Positions 45,606 to 55,733 of a stretch of DNA of 64,000 nucleotides are shown here, piece by piece. Made by a program: the position numbers and the translations under genes. Below the pieces are notes generated by a model. It had not been told where the DNA came from. It made no database searches and was given only the letters and a program-made list of their open reading frames with translations. Position 1 is the stretch's first letter; every line of letters starts with the position of its first letter. The stretch covers positions 138,524 to 202,523 of the forward strand of contig QCGZ01000001.1 in assembly GCA_003279705.1 (NCBI GenBank), read 5' to 3'. This DNA is from OCS116 cluster bacterium AG-390-I16 (lineage in GTDB: Bacteria > Pseudomonadota > Alphaproteobacteria > MED-G09).

Positions 45606-46964
45606 ATGAATTCTACTATAAAAAATACATTAGAGCTTTCTGTTTCAGAGTTATCTGTTTCAATTAAAAATTTAATTGAAGATAATTTTGGTTATGTAAG
45701 GGTTAAAGGAGAGATTGGTAGAGTATCAAATCCTGTATCTGGACATGTTTATTTTGATTTAAAGGATAAAGAATCTGTAATATCTGGAATAGTCTGGAAA
45801 GGGAATGCATCTGCTCTTGAAGTTAAGCCAGAAGAAGGTTTAGAGGTTGTTTGTACTGGCAAGGTAACAACATATAAAGGTCAGTCAAAATATCAAATTA
45901 TTGTTGATAATATTGAGCCTGCAGGACTTGGAGCATTAATGGCTTTGTTAGAAAAAAGAAAAAAAGCCTTCTCTAATGAAGGACTTTTTTCAAACGATTT
46001 TAAAAAAAATATACCTTTTCTTCCAAATGTTATCGGTGTTGTTACGAGTCCCTCAGGATCTGTAATTAGAGATATTATTCACAGGATAAATGATAGATTT
46101 CCTTCTCAAATAATAATCTGGCCAGTAAGGGTTCAGGGCGAAACATGCCCCGATGAAGTTGCTGATGCTATTGATGGCTTTCACCTTTTAGAACAAAGTG
46201 GAATTCCAAATCCTGATTTAATTATTGTGGCAAGAGGGGGTGGAAGTGTTGAGGATTTATGGGGTTTTAATGATGAAAAAGTGGTAAGATCAGTTTTTAG
46301 ATCAAAAATACCAGTTATTTCTGCAATTGGTCATGAGACTGATAATACTTTAATTGATTTAGTTGCAGATTTAAGAGCTCCAACCCCAACGGCGGCGGCT
46401 GAAAAAAGTGTACCTGTGAAAAATGACCTAATAGATGTTATTGAAGATTTAGAGAGTAGATTTAAAAACTCTATTTTAAGAAGTATTCAATTTAGAGAGA
46501 CTCAATCAAAAAAAATATTTAAGTCTTTTCCAGAAATAATAAATATTTTAAAAAATCCATTTCAAAAAATTGATAATTTATCCTCACGCCTTATTTTTTC
46601 ATTAAAATCTAGTGTTAGTATTTTTGATGAAAAATATTTAAGTATTTCTAAAATATTAAGACTTTCTTTGTTGAGTAATAAATTAATACGTTTAGACGAA
46701 AATGTATCTTCAAATTACAAATCTCTTGGAATTAAATTTAGTTACTATTTAAAAAATTTTAAAAATAGATTAAATTTGTCTTCTGGTATTTTGAGCGCGC
46801 TTAGCCACGAAAAAGTTCTAAAGAGAGGTTTTGCAATAGTTAAAGATGATAATTTATCATTAATTAGGTCATCAAAAGATGTTGAAAATAATCAAAATTT
46901 GAATATTCAATTTAGCAATAATGACGTTTTGATTGCAAAAGCTAGTTTAAAAAATAAGGAATAA
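45606..46964 (+). CDS. xseA: exodeoxyribonuclease VII large subunit
   Basis: OB-fold N-terminus (V.GEIGRVSNPVSGHVYFDLKD), IGVVTSPSGSVIRDI, ARGGGSVEDLW and ISAIGHETD blocks. Confidence 0.9.
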   Translation: MNSTIKNTLELSVSELSVSIKNLIEDNFGYVRVKGEIGRVSNPVSGHVYFDLKDKESVISGIVWKGNASALEVKPEEGLEVVCTGKVTTYKGQSKYQIIVDNIEPAGLGALMALLEKRKKAFSNEGLFSNDFKKNIPFLPNVIGVVTSPSGSVIRDIIHRINDRFPSQIIIWPVRVQGETCPDEVADAIDGFHLLEQSGIPNPDLIIVARGGGSVEDLWGFNDEKVVRSVFRSKIPVISAIGHETDNTLIDLVADLRAPTPTAAAEKSVPVKNDLIDVIEDLESRFKNSILRSIQFRETQSKKIFKSFPEIINILKNPFQKIDNLSSRLIFSLKSSVSIFDEKYLSISKILRLSLLSNKLIRLDENVSSNYKSLGIKFSYYLKNFKNRLNLSSGILSALSHEKVLKRGFAIVKDDNLSLIRSSKDVENNQNLNIQFSNNDVLIAKASLKNKE

Positions 46965-46971
46965 TTATTAA

Positions 46972-47175
46972 ATGAGTTATGATGAAATTGAGGCAGTAGT
47001 AGAATATGGGGATGGAAGTTTTAACGTTATAAAACATGGTACTTATGTTATTTGTTCAGTTAGCAACAAAAGAATACCTCTTTCAGATTTAAAATATTGG
47101 TCTGTTGAAAGGCAGGAGCCATATCTTGATGCGAAAACCTCGTTCATAAGAGAAAAAGAAATTAATTCAGGTTAA
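46972..47175 (+). CDS. small conserved protein, DUF2093-like
   Basis: 67 aa; the ..IPLSDLKYWSVERQEPY.. motif recalls the alphaproteobacterial DUF2093. Its position next to xseA fits that memory. Confidence 0.5.
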   Translation: MSYDEIEAVVEYGDGSFNVIKHGTYVICSVSNKRIPLSDLKYWSVERQEPYLDAKTSFIREKEINSG

Positions 47176-48079
47176 ATTTTTTATCCCAACGATTATGTAT
47201 CCAAAACCAACTTTCAGGTTTACTAGTGATACAGCCCTCTAAAAACTTATTAATTTCAGATGTAAATATCTTTATATCATTTTGTTTGTTTGAGCTTATA
47301 TTAATTTTTATTTCTGGATAAAAGCTCACATTAAAATTACTACCTTTAGTTCTCTCTACATTAATAGGAATTACAGGGTAATTATATTTTATAGCTAAAG
47401 ATGCAGCGCCATCAGAAGTCATGGCGTCAGATCCAAAAAAATTAACCTTAACACCGCTTGATAATTTTTGATCAACAAGCATAGCCACTGCACCATTTTC
47501 CTTTAATAAACTTAGCATTTCTCTTGCACCGGATGATCCTTTTTTGATTTGGATAGGCGTTGTATTTTTATAGCGTTGTTTTACAACCCAGCTATTTACA
47601 AAGAAATTATTTGAATGCCTATAAATACCTCCAACCTTATCTCTATAATCTCTTAAAATTAAGGGGATAATCTCCCAATTTGCAAAGTGACCAGATACAA
47701 AAATTACACCCTTATCTTCATATTTCTTTATATATTCTTCTCCTGATACCGTTATTCGGTCATTTTTTTCTTCTGATATCTTTTTTAAGTGAAAAAATTC
47801 AGCGACAACCATTCCTATATTTTTCCACATTTTAAAAATTATTGACTCAATTTCAGAGTCTTTAATGTTTGGAAATGCTAGATGAAGATTTTCTTTTGCT
47901 TGATTAGAAATTTTTAACTTGGGACCAATATTTGAAAAGAACCAACTTAAAGTTTTTGTAGATAATTCTAACCCTAAAATTTTAGTTAAGATTAACATTT
48001 TTAATCCTAAAATTGCTTCAAATAGATATCTTATAGTTTTAATTTTAATCATAGGGTTGTTATATAACATTTTTAGCAC
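47162..48079 (-). CDS. lipid A biosynthesis (Kdo)2-lipid IVA acyltransferase family protein (LpxL/HtrB-like)
   Basis: N-terminal membrane anchor, SGHFANWEI (HxxxxE/D) motif and LVDQK block. Confidence 0.7.
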   Translation of the reverse strand: MLKMLYNNPMIKIKTIRYLFEAILGLKMLILTKILGLELSTKTLSWFFSNIGPKLKISNQAKENLHLAFPNIKDSEIESIIFKMWKNIGMVVAEFFHLKKISEEKNDRITVSGEEYIKKYEDKGVIFVSGHFANWEIIPLILRDYRDKVGGIYRHSNNFFVNSWVVKQRYKNTTPIQIKKGSSGAREMLSLLKENGAVAMLVDQKLSSGVKVNFFGSDAMTSDGAASLAIKYNYPVIPINVERTKGSNFNVSFYPEIKINISSNKQNDIKIFTSEINKFLEGCITSKPESWFWIHNRWDKKFNLN

Positions 48080-48116
48080 TAATTTCCTTTTAATAAATAT
48101 TTATATGGAGAATTAA

Positions 48117-48749
48117 TTGTCTGAACCTATAGAAGATGAAGTAAATGAGGAATTAAGACGCCAACAATTAAAATCTATTTGGGATAGGTTTGGTGTCTAT
48201 ATAATTGGCTTTGCTGTTCTTATAATATTATCTGTTGGTGGAAATGAAATTATAAACTACCTTAATAACCGAGTTTCTCAAAAAGAATCTATTACCTTTG
48301 ATAATGCTTTAAATCTTATTGAGAAAGGAAATGATAGTGATGGCCTAGATCAATTGATAAAACTAACAGAAGGTAAAACTGGATATAAAGGATTAGCATT
48401 TTTTAGATTATCTTCAGAAAGTCTTGCTAATGGTAATTATCAAGAAGCTCTAGATTATTTAAAAAAAGCTTCATTGGATAAAACATTAACAAAAAACCTT
48501 CGAGTTTTTGCTAAAATAAAAGCTGGATTAATTCTAGTGGACCATGGAAATTTATCTGAAGTTGATATATTACTAAAAGGGGTTGTAGAAAATGGAGGTC
48601 CATTTTCTTTTCATGCAAAGGAAATATTAGCCCTTGCTTTAATTAAAAATGGAAAAGATTTGGAAGCTCAAGAAATCTTTCAAGAAATAATTAATGATGC
48701 TTCGGCTCCACCAGTTTTGGCTAGAAGAGCTGAGATATTTTTACGTTAG
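48117..48749 (+). CDS. YfgM-like membrane-anchored TPR protein
   Basis: N-terminal TM followed by a helical TPR-like domain. It sits immediately upstream of bamB-der, as yfgM does in E. coli. TTG start with a GGAG RBS. Confidence 0.5.
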   Translation: MSEPIEDEVNEELRRQQLKSIWDRFGVYIIGFAVLIILSVGGNEIINYLNNRVSQKESITFDNALNLIEKGNDSDGLDQLIKLTEGKTGYKGLAFFRLSSESLANGNYQEALDYLKKASLDKTLTKNLRVFAKIKAGLILVDHGNLSEVDILLKGVVENGGPFSFHAKEILALALIKNGKDLEAQEIFQEIINDASAPPVLARRAEIFLR

Positions 48750-48765
48750 TTAATGTAGGTTTATT

Positions 48766-50097
48766 ATGAAAAAAATAATTTCTGTTATTTTTATTACAAT
48801 AATTCTTAATTCATGCGGAAGTGTAAGTAACTTTTTTGGCGGAGAGGATATTGATAAAGATCGAATTCAAGGTGATAGAATATCAATTTTGAGTTTAGAA
48901 AAAAATCTTAGCTCAGATCCCCAGTTAAGAGATAATAGAGTTATTATTCCAAGAGCAGTAAAGAATTCGTCATGGTCTTATCCAGGAGGATCAATTGATA
49001 ATTCTTTACACAATCTAGTAGGGCCTGAATACCTCAGCCAAACGGCAAAATTTAATATTGCAAAAGGTTCTTCAAAAAATGCTTTTCTTTTAAGTTCCCC
49101 TATAATCGTAAATGGAAAAATATATTCATTAGGCTCAGACTCAAAAGTAAAATCTTATGATTTAAAAACTAAAAGAAAACTCTGGCAAAAAGATATGTCC
49201 ATTAAAAAAGAACAGAAGAAAGAGGGCTTTGGGGGCGGTATTTCTTATGAAAAAGATATAATTTTTGTCACGAATGGTTTTGGGAATGTTTTAGCATTAG
49301 ATGCAAATTCCGGTGAGGAAATATGGAAAATTAATATAAGAATTCCTATTCGCTCTGCGCCTATTGCTTTTGATAATATAGTCTATGTAATTAGTCATGA
49401 TAATCAAGTTTTTGCACTCAATTCTCTAAATGGTGAGATATTATGGAATCATAGAGGAATTCTTGAGTCAGCATCAGTTTTATCCTCTAATTCTATTTCT
49501 ATCGATGGTGGCCTTGTTTTTGTACCATACTCATCTGGTGAAATTTATGCAATTAGAAGCTTAAATGGATCAGTTGTTTGGACCGACTCTTTGTCAAGAA
49601 CTGGTTCTTCAACATCTCTTTCAGAAATTAACTCCATTACAGCAAGACCAGTAACAGATAATGGAAGGATGATATCAATAAGTCATGCTGGCCGTATGAT
49701 ATCTGTTGATATATCAAGTGGAGAGAGATTATGGACGTTGGATATTTCTGGAACCGAAACACCTTGGGTTTCAGGAGATTGGGTTTTTGTATTATCAACA
49801 AATTCTGAGTTAGTAGGTGTTTCAAGAAATGCAGGAAAAATTAAATGGGTTACTCAATTAGAACAATATAAAAATGAGGAAAAAAGAGAAGGCCCTATTA
49901 GATGGAGTGGGCCAGTAATGATCTCCGATAAATTATTTGTTATTTCATCCCATGGAGTTGCTGCTTTTATCTCTCCTCAAACAGGAGAAATTATAGAAAC
50001 TAATAAAATCCCTGGATCTTTTTTTATAGCTCCGGTAATTGTTGACGGTGTTATTTACCTATTAAATGACTCAGGTGATTTAATAATTTATAAATAA
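48766..50097 (+). CDS. bamB: outer membrane protein assembly factor BamB (PQQ-like beta-propeller lipoprotein)
   Basis: Lipobox ILNSCGS, repeated G.(I/L)W propeller motifs, and synteny with der. Confidence 0.8.
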   Translation: MKKIISVIFITIILNSCGSVSNFFGGEDIDKDRIQGDRISILSLEKNLSSDPQLRDNRVIIPRAVKNSSWSYPGGSIDNSLHNLVGPEYLSQTAKFNIAKGSSKNAFLLSSPIIVNGKIYSLGSDSKVKSYDLKTKRKLWQKDMSIKKEQKKEGFGGGISYEKDIIFVTNGFGNVLALDANSGEEIWKINIRIPIRSAPIAFDNIVYVISHDNQVFALNSLNGEILWNHRGILESASVLSSNSISIDGGLVFVPYSSGEIYAIRSLNGSVVWTDSLSRTGSSTSLSEINSITARPVTDNGRMISISHAGRMISVDISSGERLWTLDISGTETPWVSGDWVFVLSTNSELVGVSRNAGKIKWVTQLEQYKNEEKREGPIRWSGPVMISDKLFVISSHGVAAFISPQTGEIIETNKIPGSFFIAPVIVDGVIYLLNDSGDLIIYK

Positions 50098-50105
50098 AAT
50101 CTGAT

Positions 50106-51440
50106 ATGTCAGAAACATTAACCATAATAGGAAGACCAAATGTTGGTAAATCTTCGCTCTTTAATAGACTGATAGGCAAAAGATTAGCTTTAGTTGCTAA
50201 TGAGCCAGGAATAACTAGAGATTATAGAACTGAAAAATTAAATATTAAAAACACTTCTTATAAATTAATTGATACTGCTGGAATTGAGGAATTATCAAAA
50301 GATAATATTTCGAGGATTACAAAAGACTCATCAATCAATGCAATTAATAAATCCGATATTATTTTGTTTGTAATTGACTCAAGAAATAGCCTTACACCAG
50401 ATGATTATTCGCTAGCGTCTATAGTTAGAAAAAGTGGTAAAAAAGTTATCCTTATTGCAAATAAATGTGAGGGAAGGAGTATTAAGCAGGGTGAAATTGA
50501 CTCATATTCGCTTGGTTTTGGTGATCCTCTATCAATCTCTTCTGAGCATAATTTGGGAATTTCTGAGCTTCAAAATCAAATAATTGAAAATTCATCAATA
50601 ACTACAGAATTTGAAAATGAAGAAAATAACGTAAAAAAAATAGCTATATTGGGTAGACCAAACTCGGGTAAATCAACTTTAATTAATCAGTTAATTGGTG
50701 AGAGTCGTCAAATTGTTGGACCTGAAGCAGGGCTTACTAGAGACTCAATTCCTTTATTTTTTAATTGGAACTCTATTAATTATCAAATATGGGATACTGC
50801 TGGTATTAGAAAAAAATCGAAAGTTTTAGATCATGCTGAAAAATTATCAGTTATGAGTTCGTTAAATGCTACCGAGGAATCTCAAATAGTTATTTTAATG
50901 ATAGACTCAGAAAGAGGATTTGAAAAGCAAGATGCTAATATTGCTAATATTATTGAATCTGGAGGAAAACCTTTTGTAATTGCTGTGAATAAATGGGATC
51001 TGGTAAAGAATAAAAAAGAAAAGAAAAAAGAAATTGAAGAAAAAATTGAAGAATTTCTTCCTCAGATTGGTAAAATAAGTATCGCTTATATCTCTGCTCA
51101 AAAGAATCAAGGTATTGAAAAATTAATAAAGTTTTCTGAAAGACTTGATAAAATCTGTGATAGAAGACTAACGACATCTGAGTTAAATGAGTTTTTAATC
51201 CAAATATCAAATAGGCATCCACATCCCAATAAAAATGGAAGACCTGTGAAAATAAAATATATTACACAACCAAAAGTAAGGCCTTCTCATTTTATTATTT
51301 TTTCTAATTATCCTAATTACATTAAAGACTCTTATAAAAGATATCTAATCAATGAAATAAGAAAAGAATTCGATTTTGATGGTGTTCCAATAAGAATGGA
51401 TTTTAGGAGCTCAGATAACCCTTATGATTCAAAAAAATGA
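50106..51440 (+). CDS. der: ribosome-biogenesis GTPase Der (EngA)
   Basis: Two tandem GTPase domains (GRPNVGKSSL..DTAG..NKCE and GRPNSGKSTL..DTAG..NKWD) plus a KH-like C-terminus. Confidence 0.95.
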   Translation: MSETLTIIGRPNVGKSSLFNRLIGKRLALVANEPGITRDYRTEKLNIKNTSYKLIDTAGIEELSKDNISRITKDSSINAINKSDIILFVIDSRNSLTPDDYSLASIVRKSGKKVILIANKCEGRSIKQGEIDSYSLGFGDPLSISSEHNLGISELQNQIIENSSITTEFENEENNVKKIAILGRPNSGKSTLINQLIGESRQIVGPEAGLTRDSIPLFFNWNSINYQIWDTAGIRKKSKVLDHAEKLSVMSSLNATEESQIVILMIDSERGFEKQDANIANIIESGGKPFVIAVNKWDLVKNKKEKKKEIEEKIEEFLPQIGKISIAYISAQKNQGIEKLIKFSERLDKICDRRLTTSELNEFLIQISNRHPHPNKNGRPVKIKYITQPKVRPSHFIIFSNYPNYIKDSYKRYLINEIRKEFDFDGVPIRMDFRSSDNPYDSKK

Positions 51441-51444
51441 TAAA

Positions 51445-52119
51445 CTAATTCTTTCTAATTAAATTAGTCAGCAAGTTAGCCATTTCGTCAGGATTTTTTA
51501 AGTTTTTATTTCTTTCACCAGGCATAAAACTAGACCTTAAGTGAGTATCCATATCCAGGGGATTAAAAATATGGGCTTTAATGTTAGTTAGATTTATTTC
51601 TTTTTCCCAGGTTTTAACCAGAGCTTCAAGACCTAATTTAGATATATTATAGGCTCCCCAATAAGGATCAAGTTTCTTGTTTTTTGAGTCTGATATAAAA
51701 ACTACATCAGCACTTTCTGAAATTTTTAATAAAGGCTCAAATGATCTTATTATTCTGTAATTTACATTTAAATTTAAGTTAATAACTTTATTCCATATTT
51801 TTGGATCTAAGTGAGAAATTGGAGTTATATCTCCAACTATACCGGCGCAACTAACTAAAATATCTAATTTCCCCCATTTTCTATGAATTTCACCACCTAG
51901 CAAATCAATTGCCTCATTATCTTCAAGGTCTAAAGGAACAATTGTTGAATTAGACTCTAATTTTTTTATTTCATCATCTAGGCTCTCTAATGCACTTATT
52001 GTTCTAGACACTAAAATTAGTTCAGCTCCATTTTTTGCTAAATTTTTGGCTACTGCTCTACCTAGCCCTCTAGACGCACCTGTTACAAGCGCGATTTTAT
52101 TTTGAAAAATTTTTGACAT
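51445..52119 (-). CDS. short-chain dehydrogenase/reductase (SDR)
   Basis: VTGASRGLGRAV and YNISKLG; starts directly after the purF stop. Confidence 0.8.
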   Translation of the reverse strand: MSKIFQNKIALVTGASRGLGRAVAKNLAKNGAELILVSRTISALESLDDEIKKLESNSTIVPLDLEDNEAIDLLGGEIHRKWGKLDILVSCAGIVGDITPISHLDPKIWNKVINLNLNVNYRIIRSFEPLLKISESADVVFISDSKNKKLDPYWGAYNISKLGLEALVKTWEKEINLTNIKAHIFNPLDMDTHLRSSFMPGERNKNLKNPDEMANLLTNLIRKN

Positions 52120-53635
52120 TTAAATATTTATATCGTTATCAGACAGGAGAGATAATTGTTCTTGAATTTTTTCATCTTTATAATCTTTTAGGTCAGTTGG
52201 ATAATCGCCTGTAAAACAATGATCTGTAAATTGTGGATTATTATTATCCCTTCCGTCTTTATAACCCATTGCCTTATATAGTCCATCAAGAGATAGGAAG
52301 CCAAGGCTATCCGCGCCTATAAAAGAGCACATATCATTTATTGAATGATTAGCAGCTAAAAGTTGTTCCGTTTCTGGAGTATCTATTCCATAAAAGTCAG
52401 GAAATTTAATAGGCGGACAGGCAATTAGCATATGTACTTTTTTTGCACCTGCATCTCTCATTAATTGTATTATTTTAACAGAGGTTGTTCCTCTTACAAT
52501 ACTGTCATCAATAAGAATTATATTTTTTCCGTCAACAGAACTTTTATTTGGATTATGTTTTAATTTTACTGATGAATGCCTGCTTGATTGGCTTGGTTGT
52601 ATAAATGTTCTTCCAACATAATGATTTCTAATAATAGCCAATTCAAAAGGTATCTTTGATTGTTCGGAATAACCTAAAGCCGCTGGAACTCCAGAGTCAG
52701 GAACAGGAACAACAATATCAGCATCTACAGGAAATTCTTTTGCTAAAACGTTACCAAAAGATTTTCGACAATCATATACTGATTTACCATCTAGAACAGA
52801 ATCAGGCCTTGAGAAATAAATGTACTCAAACAAATCTAGTCTTTTTTCAGTTTTTGAAAAAGGATTTATACTTTCAATCCCATTTTCTGTAATTATGACA
52901 ACTTCACCTGGCTCAATTTCTCTAACAAAATCAGCACCAATTATATCTAAAGCACATGTTTCAGAACATAAAATGTATGCACCATCCAAATTGCCCAAAA
53001 CAAGAGGTCTTATTCCAAAAGGATCCCTTGCACCAATCAATTTTTTATTAGTAAGTATTACTAAAGCATAAGCTCCCTCAATTTGAAGTAATGCGTCAAC
53101 CAGTCTTTTTATTGTTCTATCTGCACTAGAGCGGGCCACAAGCTGAAGAATTGTTTCAGTATCAGAGGTGGATTGAAAAATTGATCCATTTTTCACTAAA
53201 TCATATCTCAGTGATAAAGCATTCGTAATATTACCATTATGGGCAATTGCAAAGCCTCCCCCCCCAAAGGTCAGCAAAAAGTGGTTGAATATTTCTATGA
53301 ACAGTTCCTCCAGTTGTAGAATATCTATTATGACCAACGCTATTTCTGCCTTGTAGTCTATTAATTACAGATGGTTTTGAGAAATGATCACTAACAAGTC
53401 CTAAATGCTTCTCTGATAGGAATTTATCACCATCGAAGGTAACTATTCCTGCAGCCTCTTGCCCTCTGTGTTGTAAAGCATGAAGCCCTAGAGCGGTTAA
53501 AGCAGCAGCATCAGGGTGGTTATAAACACCAAAAACCCCACATTCTTCATGTAATTTATCGTCTTCATAATTTTGATTTAAATTATTCAATATCTTTATC
53601 CCTCTCTTCTTCAGAGATAATATTTTGATTGCCAT
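52120..53635 (-). pseudogene. purF: amidophosphoribosyltransferase PurF, reading frame broken by one extra G in a G8 run (may be a sequencing artefact)
   Basis: The N-terminal ORF (53237..53635: ..HEECGVFGV..GHNRYSTTG..NIQPLFADLWGG) and the C-terminal ORF (52120..53337: ..GGGGFAIAHNGNITNA...CFTGDYP) are consecutive PurF segments in different frames. The junction is at C8 53258-53265 on the plus strand. The true start may be the TTG overlapping the cvpA stop. Confidence 0.85.
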
Positions 53636-54134
53636 AAGACAGATAATTAAAGCTTTCTAACTCTGGAAAATTATTGAATAAAAAATTATTTGAGCTTTCA
53701 ATAATTTTTGTTAAATTAGATGATTGAATGTATGAGGGTCTTTTTTCTTGTTCAATCTTTTGAATAAAAACTCCAAAAATTATACTCGCTAAAATATAAA
53801 TTCTGAGAAGTCCAAATAAAAACCCTAAAGTCCTATCGATGTAACCTATAGATGTGATTTTAAATAGCTTTACAATAAATAAACTTAAAAATCTCCATAC
53901 AAGAAGAGTGGTTATAAAAATTATAGAAATTGTAATTAAATCAGACAATGCTTTGGACTCAAAAAAAGGGCTTAAATATTTTCCTGCTTCAGGCATAAAT
54001 AAAATTACTGATATAAATGATACTAACCAACCAATTAACGATAGAATTTCTTTTACAAAACCTTGAGTAAGTGCCAATATCCCCGAAACCAACATGGTTA
54101 AAATTATTATTATATCTAGTAAGTTAGGATTCAT
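53583..54134 (-). CDS. cvpA: CvpA family (colicin V production) membrane protein
   Basis: DIIIILTMLVSGILALTQGFVKEILSL N-terminus typical of CvpA, 4 TM; conserved cvpA-purF adjacency. Confidence 0.8.
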   Translation of the reverse strand: MNPNLLDIIIILTMLVSGILALTQGFVKEILSLIGWLVSFISVILFMPEAGKYLSPFFESKALSDLITISIIFITTLLVWRFLSLFIVKLFKITSIGYIDRTLGFLFGLLRIYILASIIFGVFIQKIEQEKRPSYIQSSNLTKIIESSNNFLFNNFPELESFNYLSYGNQNIISEEERDKDIE

Positions 54135-54194
54135 ACATAGCTCTTTAATTAAAAGATATTTATAAATAGATGGTTATTATATAAATTACTATAG

Positions 54195-54947
54195 TTAATT
54201 ATTTTGAATTTTAATAGGACCATCAGACTGGCCATTAACAAACTGCAATATGTACTCATTTTTAGTTCTTTCCATTTCCTCGACATTATCACCCCATATT
54301 ATATTACCTTCATGAAGCATATATACCTTTGAAGCGATAGTTCTTGCGCTAGACATATCATGAGTAATAGTTAGTGCTGTTGCCCCAAGGTCATTTACTT
54401 TTTCAAGAATAAGTTTATTTATTACATCTGCAGTTATTGGGTCTAAACCGGTTGTCGGCTCATCAAAAAAAATTATATCTGGTTCTGAAAAAATTGCTCT
54501 GCCAAGTGAAACTCTTTTTTGCATTCCTCCAGATAATTCCGAAGGATATAAATCAGCTACATCTGAATTTAAACCAACTTTCTCAAGAGTCTCAATTGCT
54601 ATTTTTTTACACTCTTTTTCACTTACCTTATTTTGTAATGATGAAAAGCTTATATTTCTCCATATATTTAAACTATCAAAAAGTGCACCACCCTGAAACA
54701 ACATTCCAATTTTTACTGATTTATTGTTACTGTATTGAAGATTTTTTCCTAAAATATTTTTGTTACCAATTTTAATAATTCCACTATCAGGCCTAAGCAA
54801 ACCTAACAAACATTTTAATAAAACTGATTTTCCTGTTCCTGATCTTCCAATTACAACAGCAGACTCACCTTTTTCAATTTTTATATTTAAATTTTTTAAA
54901 ACTTCATTTCTATTAAATTTCTTATTTAAATTATTAATTTCTATCAT
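54195..54947 (-). CDS. mlaF: ABC transporter ATP-binding protein, MlaF-like
   Basis: Walker A GRSGTGKS, signature LSGGMQKRVSLGRA, Walker B IIFFDEPTTGLD. The ATG at 54947 (MIEINNL..) is preferred over the TTG at 54968. Confidence 0.8.
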   Translation of the reverse strand: MIEINNLNKKFNRNEVLKNLNIKIEKGESAVVIGRSGTGKSVLLKCLLGLLRPDSGIIKIGNKNILGKNLQYSNNKSVKIGMLFQGGALFDSLNIWRNISFSSLQNKVSEKECKKIAIETLEKVGLNSDVADLYPSELSGGMQKRVSLGRAIFSEPDIIFFDEPTTGLDPITADVINKLILEKVNDLGATALTITHDMSSARTIASKVYMLHEGNIIWGDNVEEMERTKNEYILQFVNGQSDGPIKIQNN

Positions 54948-54957
54948 AATTCTCTCT

Positions 54958-55728
54958 TTACGAAGCAAATAGTAAATTTGTCATTATATAATTTGACCCT
55001 AAAATTAGTATTGATGAGCTAACAACTGCATTCATTGTAGATCTCCCAACCCCTTGAGCTCCACCTTGAGAGAAAAACCCATGATAACAGCCCATCATTG
55101 TAATAATAAAACCAAAAACAGATGCCTTTATGAGGCCTGAAATAATGTCATTTGATTCTAGAAAAATTTCGGTATTTTGAAGATATACAGAGCCATTAAA
55201 ATCTAAACTTTGAACTCCTACAAACCATCCTCCCATTATTCCTATTATATCAGCAAAACCAACAAGAATAGGTAAAACTATTATTCCTGCAATAACTCTA
55301 GGAAAAACTAAATATTCAAATGGATCTGTTGATAATGTTCTTAAGGCGTCAATTTGTTCTGTTACTTTCATAGTTCCAATTTCAGCTGCAATAGCAGCTG
55401 AAACTCTTCCAGCGACCACTATACCACCAAGGACTGGACCAAGTTCACGAGTAATTCCAAGTGCTACAATAGAAGAAACAATTACTTCAGAATTAAATTG
55501 ATTTCCTCCGTAATAAATTTGTATTGCAAGAGCTCCACCAGTGAAAAATGATGTTAGAGCAACAACGGGAAGCGACAAGTAACCTATTGATATCATTTGT
55601 TGAAAGATATTTTTAAAATACCATTTTGAAATTGAAGATTTTAAAGTTTTAAGGGTGAAAATAAAAAATCTACCAGTTTCCTTCAGGAAATTAATGACAG
55701 AAGAGCCTACATTGGTAAAAATTTTCAT
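54958..55728 (-). CDS. mlaE: ABC transporter permease, MlaE-like
   Basis: TRELGPVLGGIVVAGRVSAAIAAEIGTMKVTEQIDAL signature of MlaE/Ttg2B permeases. Confidence 0.85.
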   Translation of the reverse strand: MKIFTNVGSSVINFLKETGRFFIFTLKTLKSSISKWYFKNIFQQMISIGYLSLPVVALTSFFTGGALAIQIYYGGNQFNSEVIVSSIVALGITRELGPVLGGIVVAGRVSAAIAAEIGTMKVTEQIDALRTLSTDPFEYLVFPRVIAGIIVLPILVGFADIIGIMGGWFVGVQSLDFNGSVYLQNTEIFLESNDIISGLIKASVFGFIITMMGCYHGFFSQGGAQGVGRSTMNAVVSSSILILGSNYIMTNLLFAS

Positions 55729-55733
55729 AAATT

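Noticed and set aside
45365-45667. 100-aa plus-strand ORF spanning the purD start and the purD-xseA spacer
   Set aside because: It is antisense to the conserved purD N-terminus and out of frame with xseA. No motif supports it.
54437-54775. 112-aa plus-strand ORF inside mlaF. Similar ORFs lie at 56543..56884 inside dnaB, at 24285..24851 inside the CitE-like gene, and at 52656..53071 inside purF.
   Set aside because: All lie antisense to genes with strong family motifs. Their translations are junk-like (Leu/Phe/Ile/Lys-rich) with no RBS. I treat them as frame shadows.
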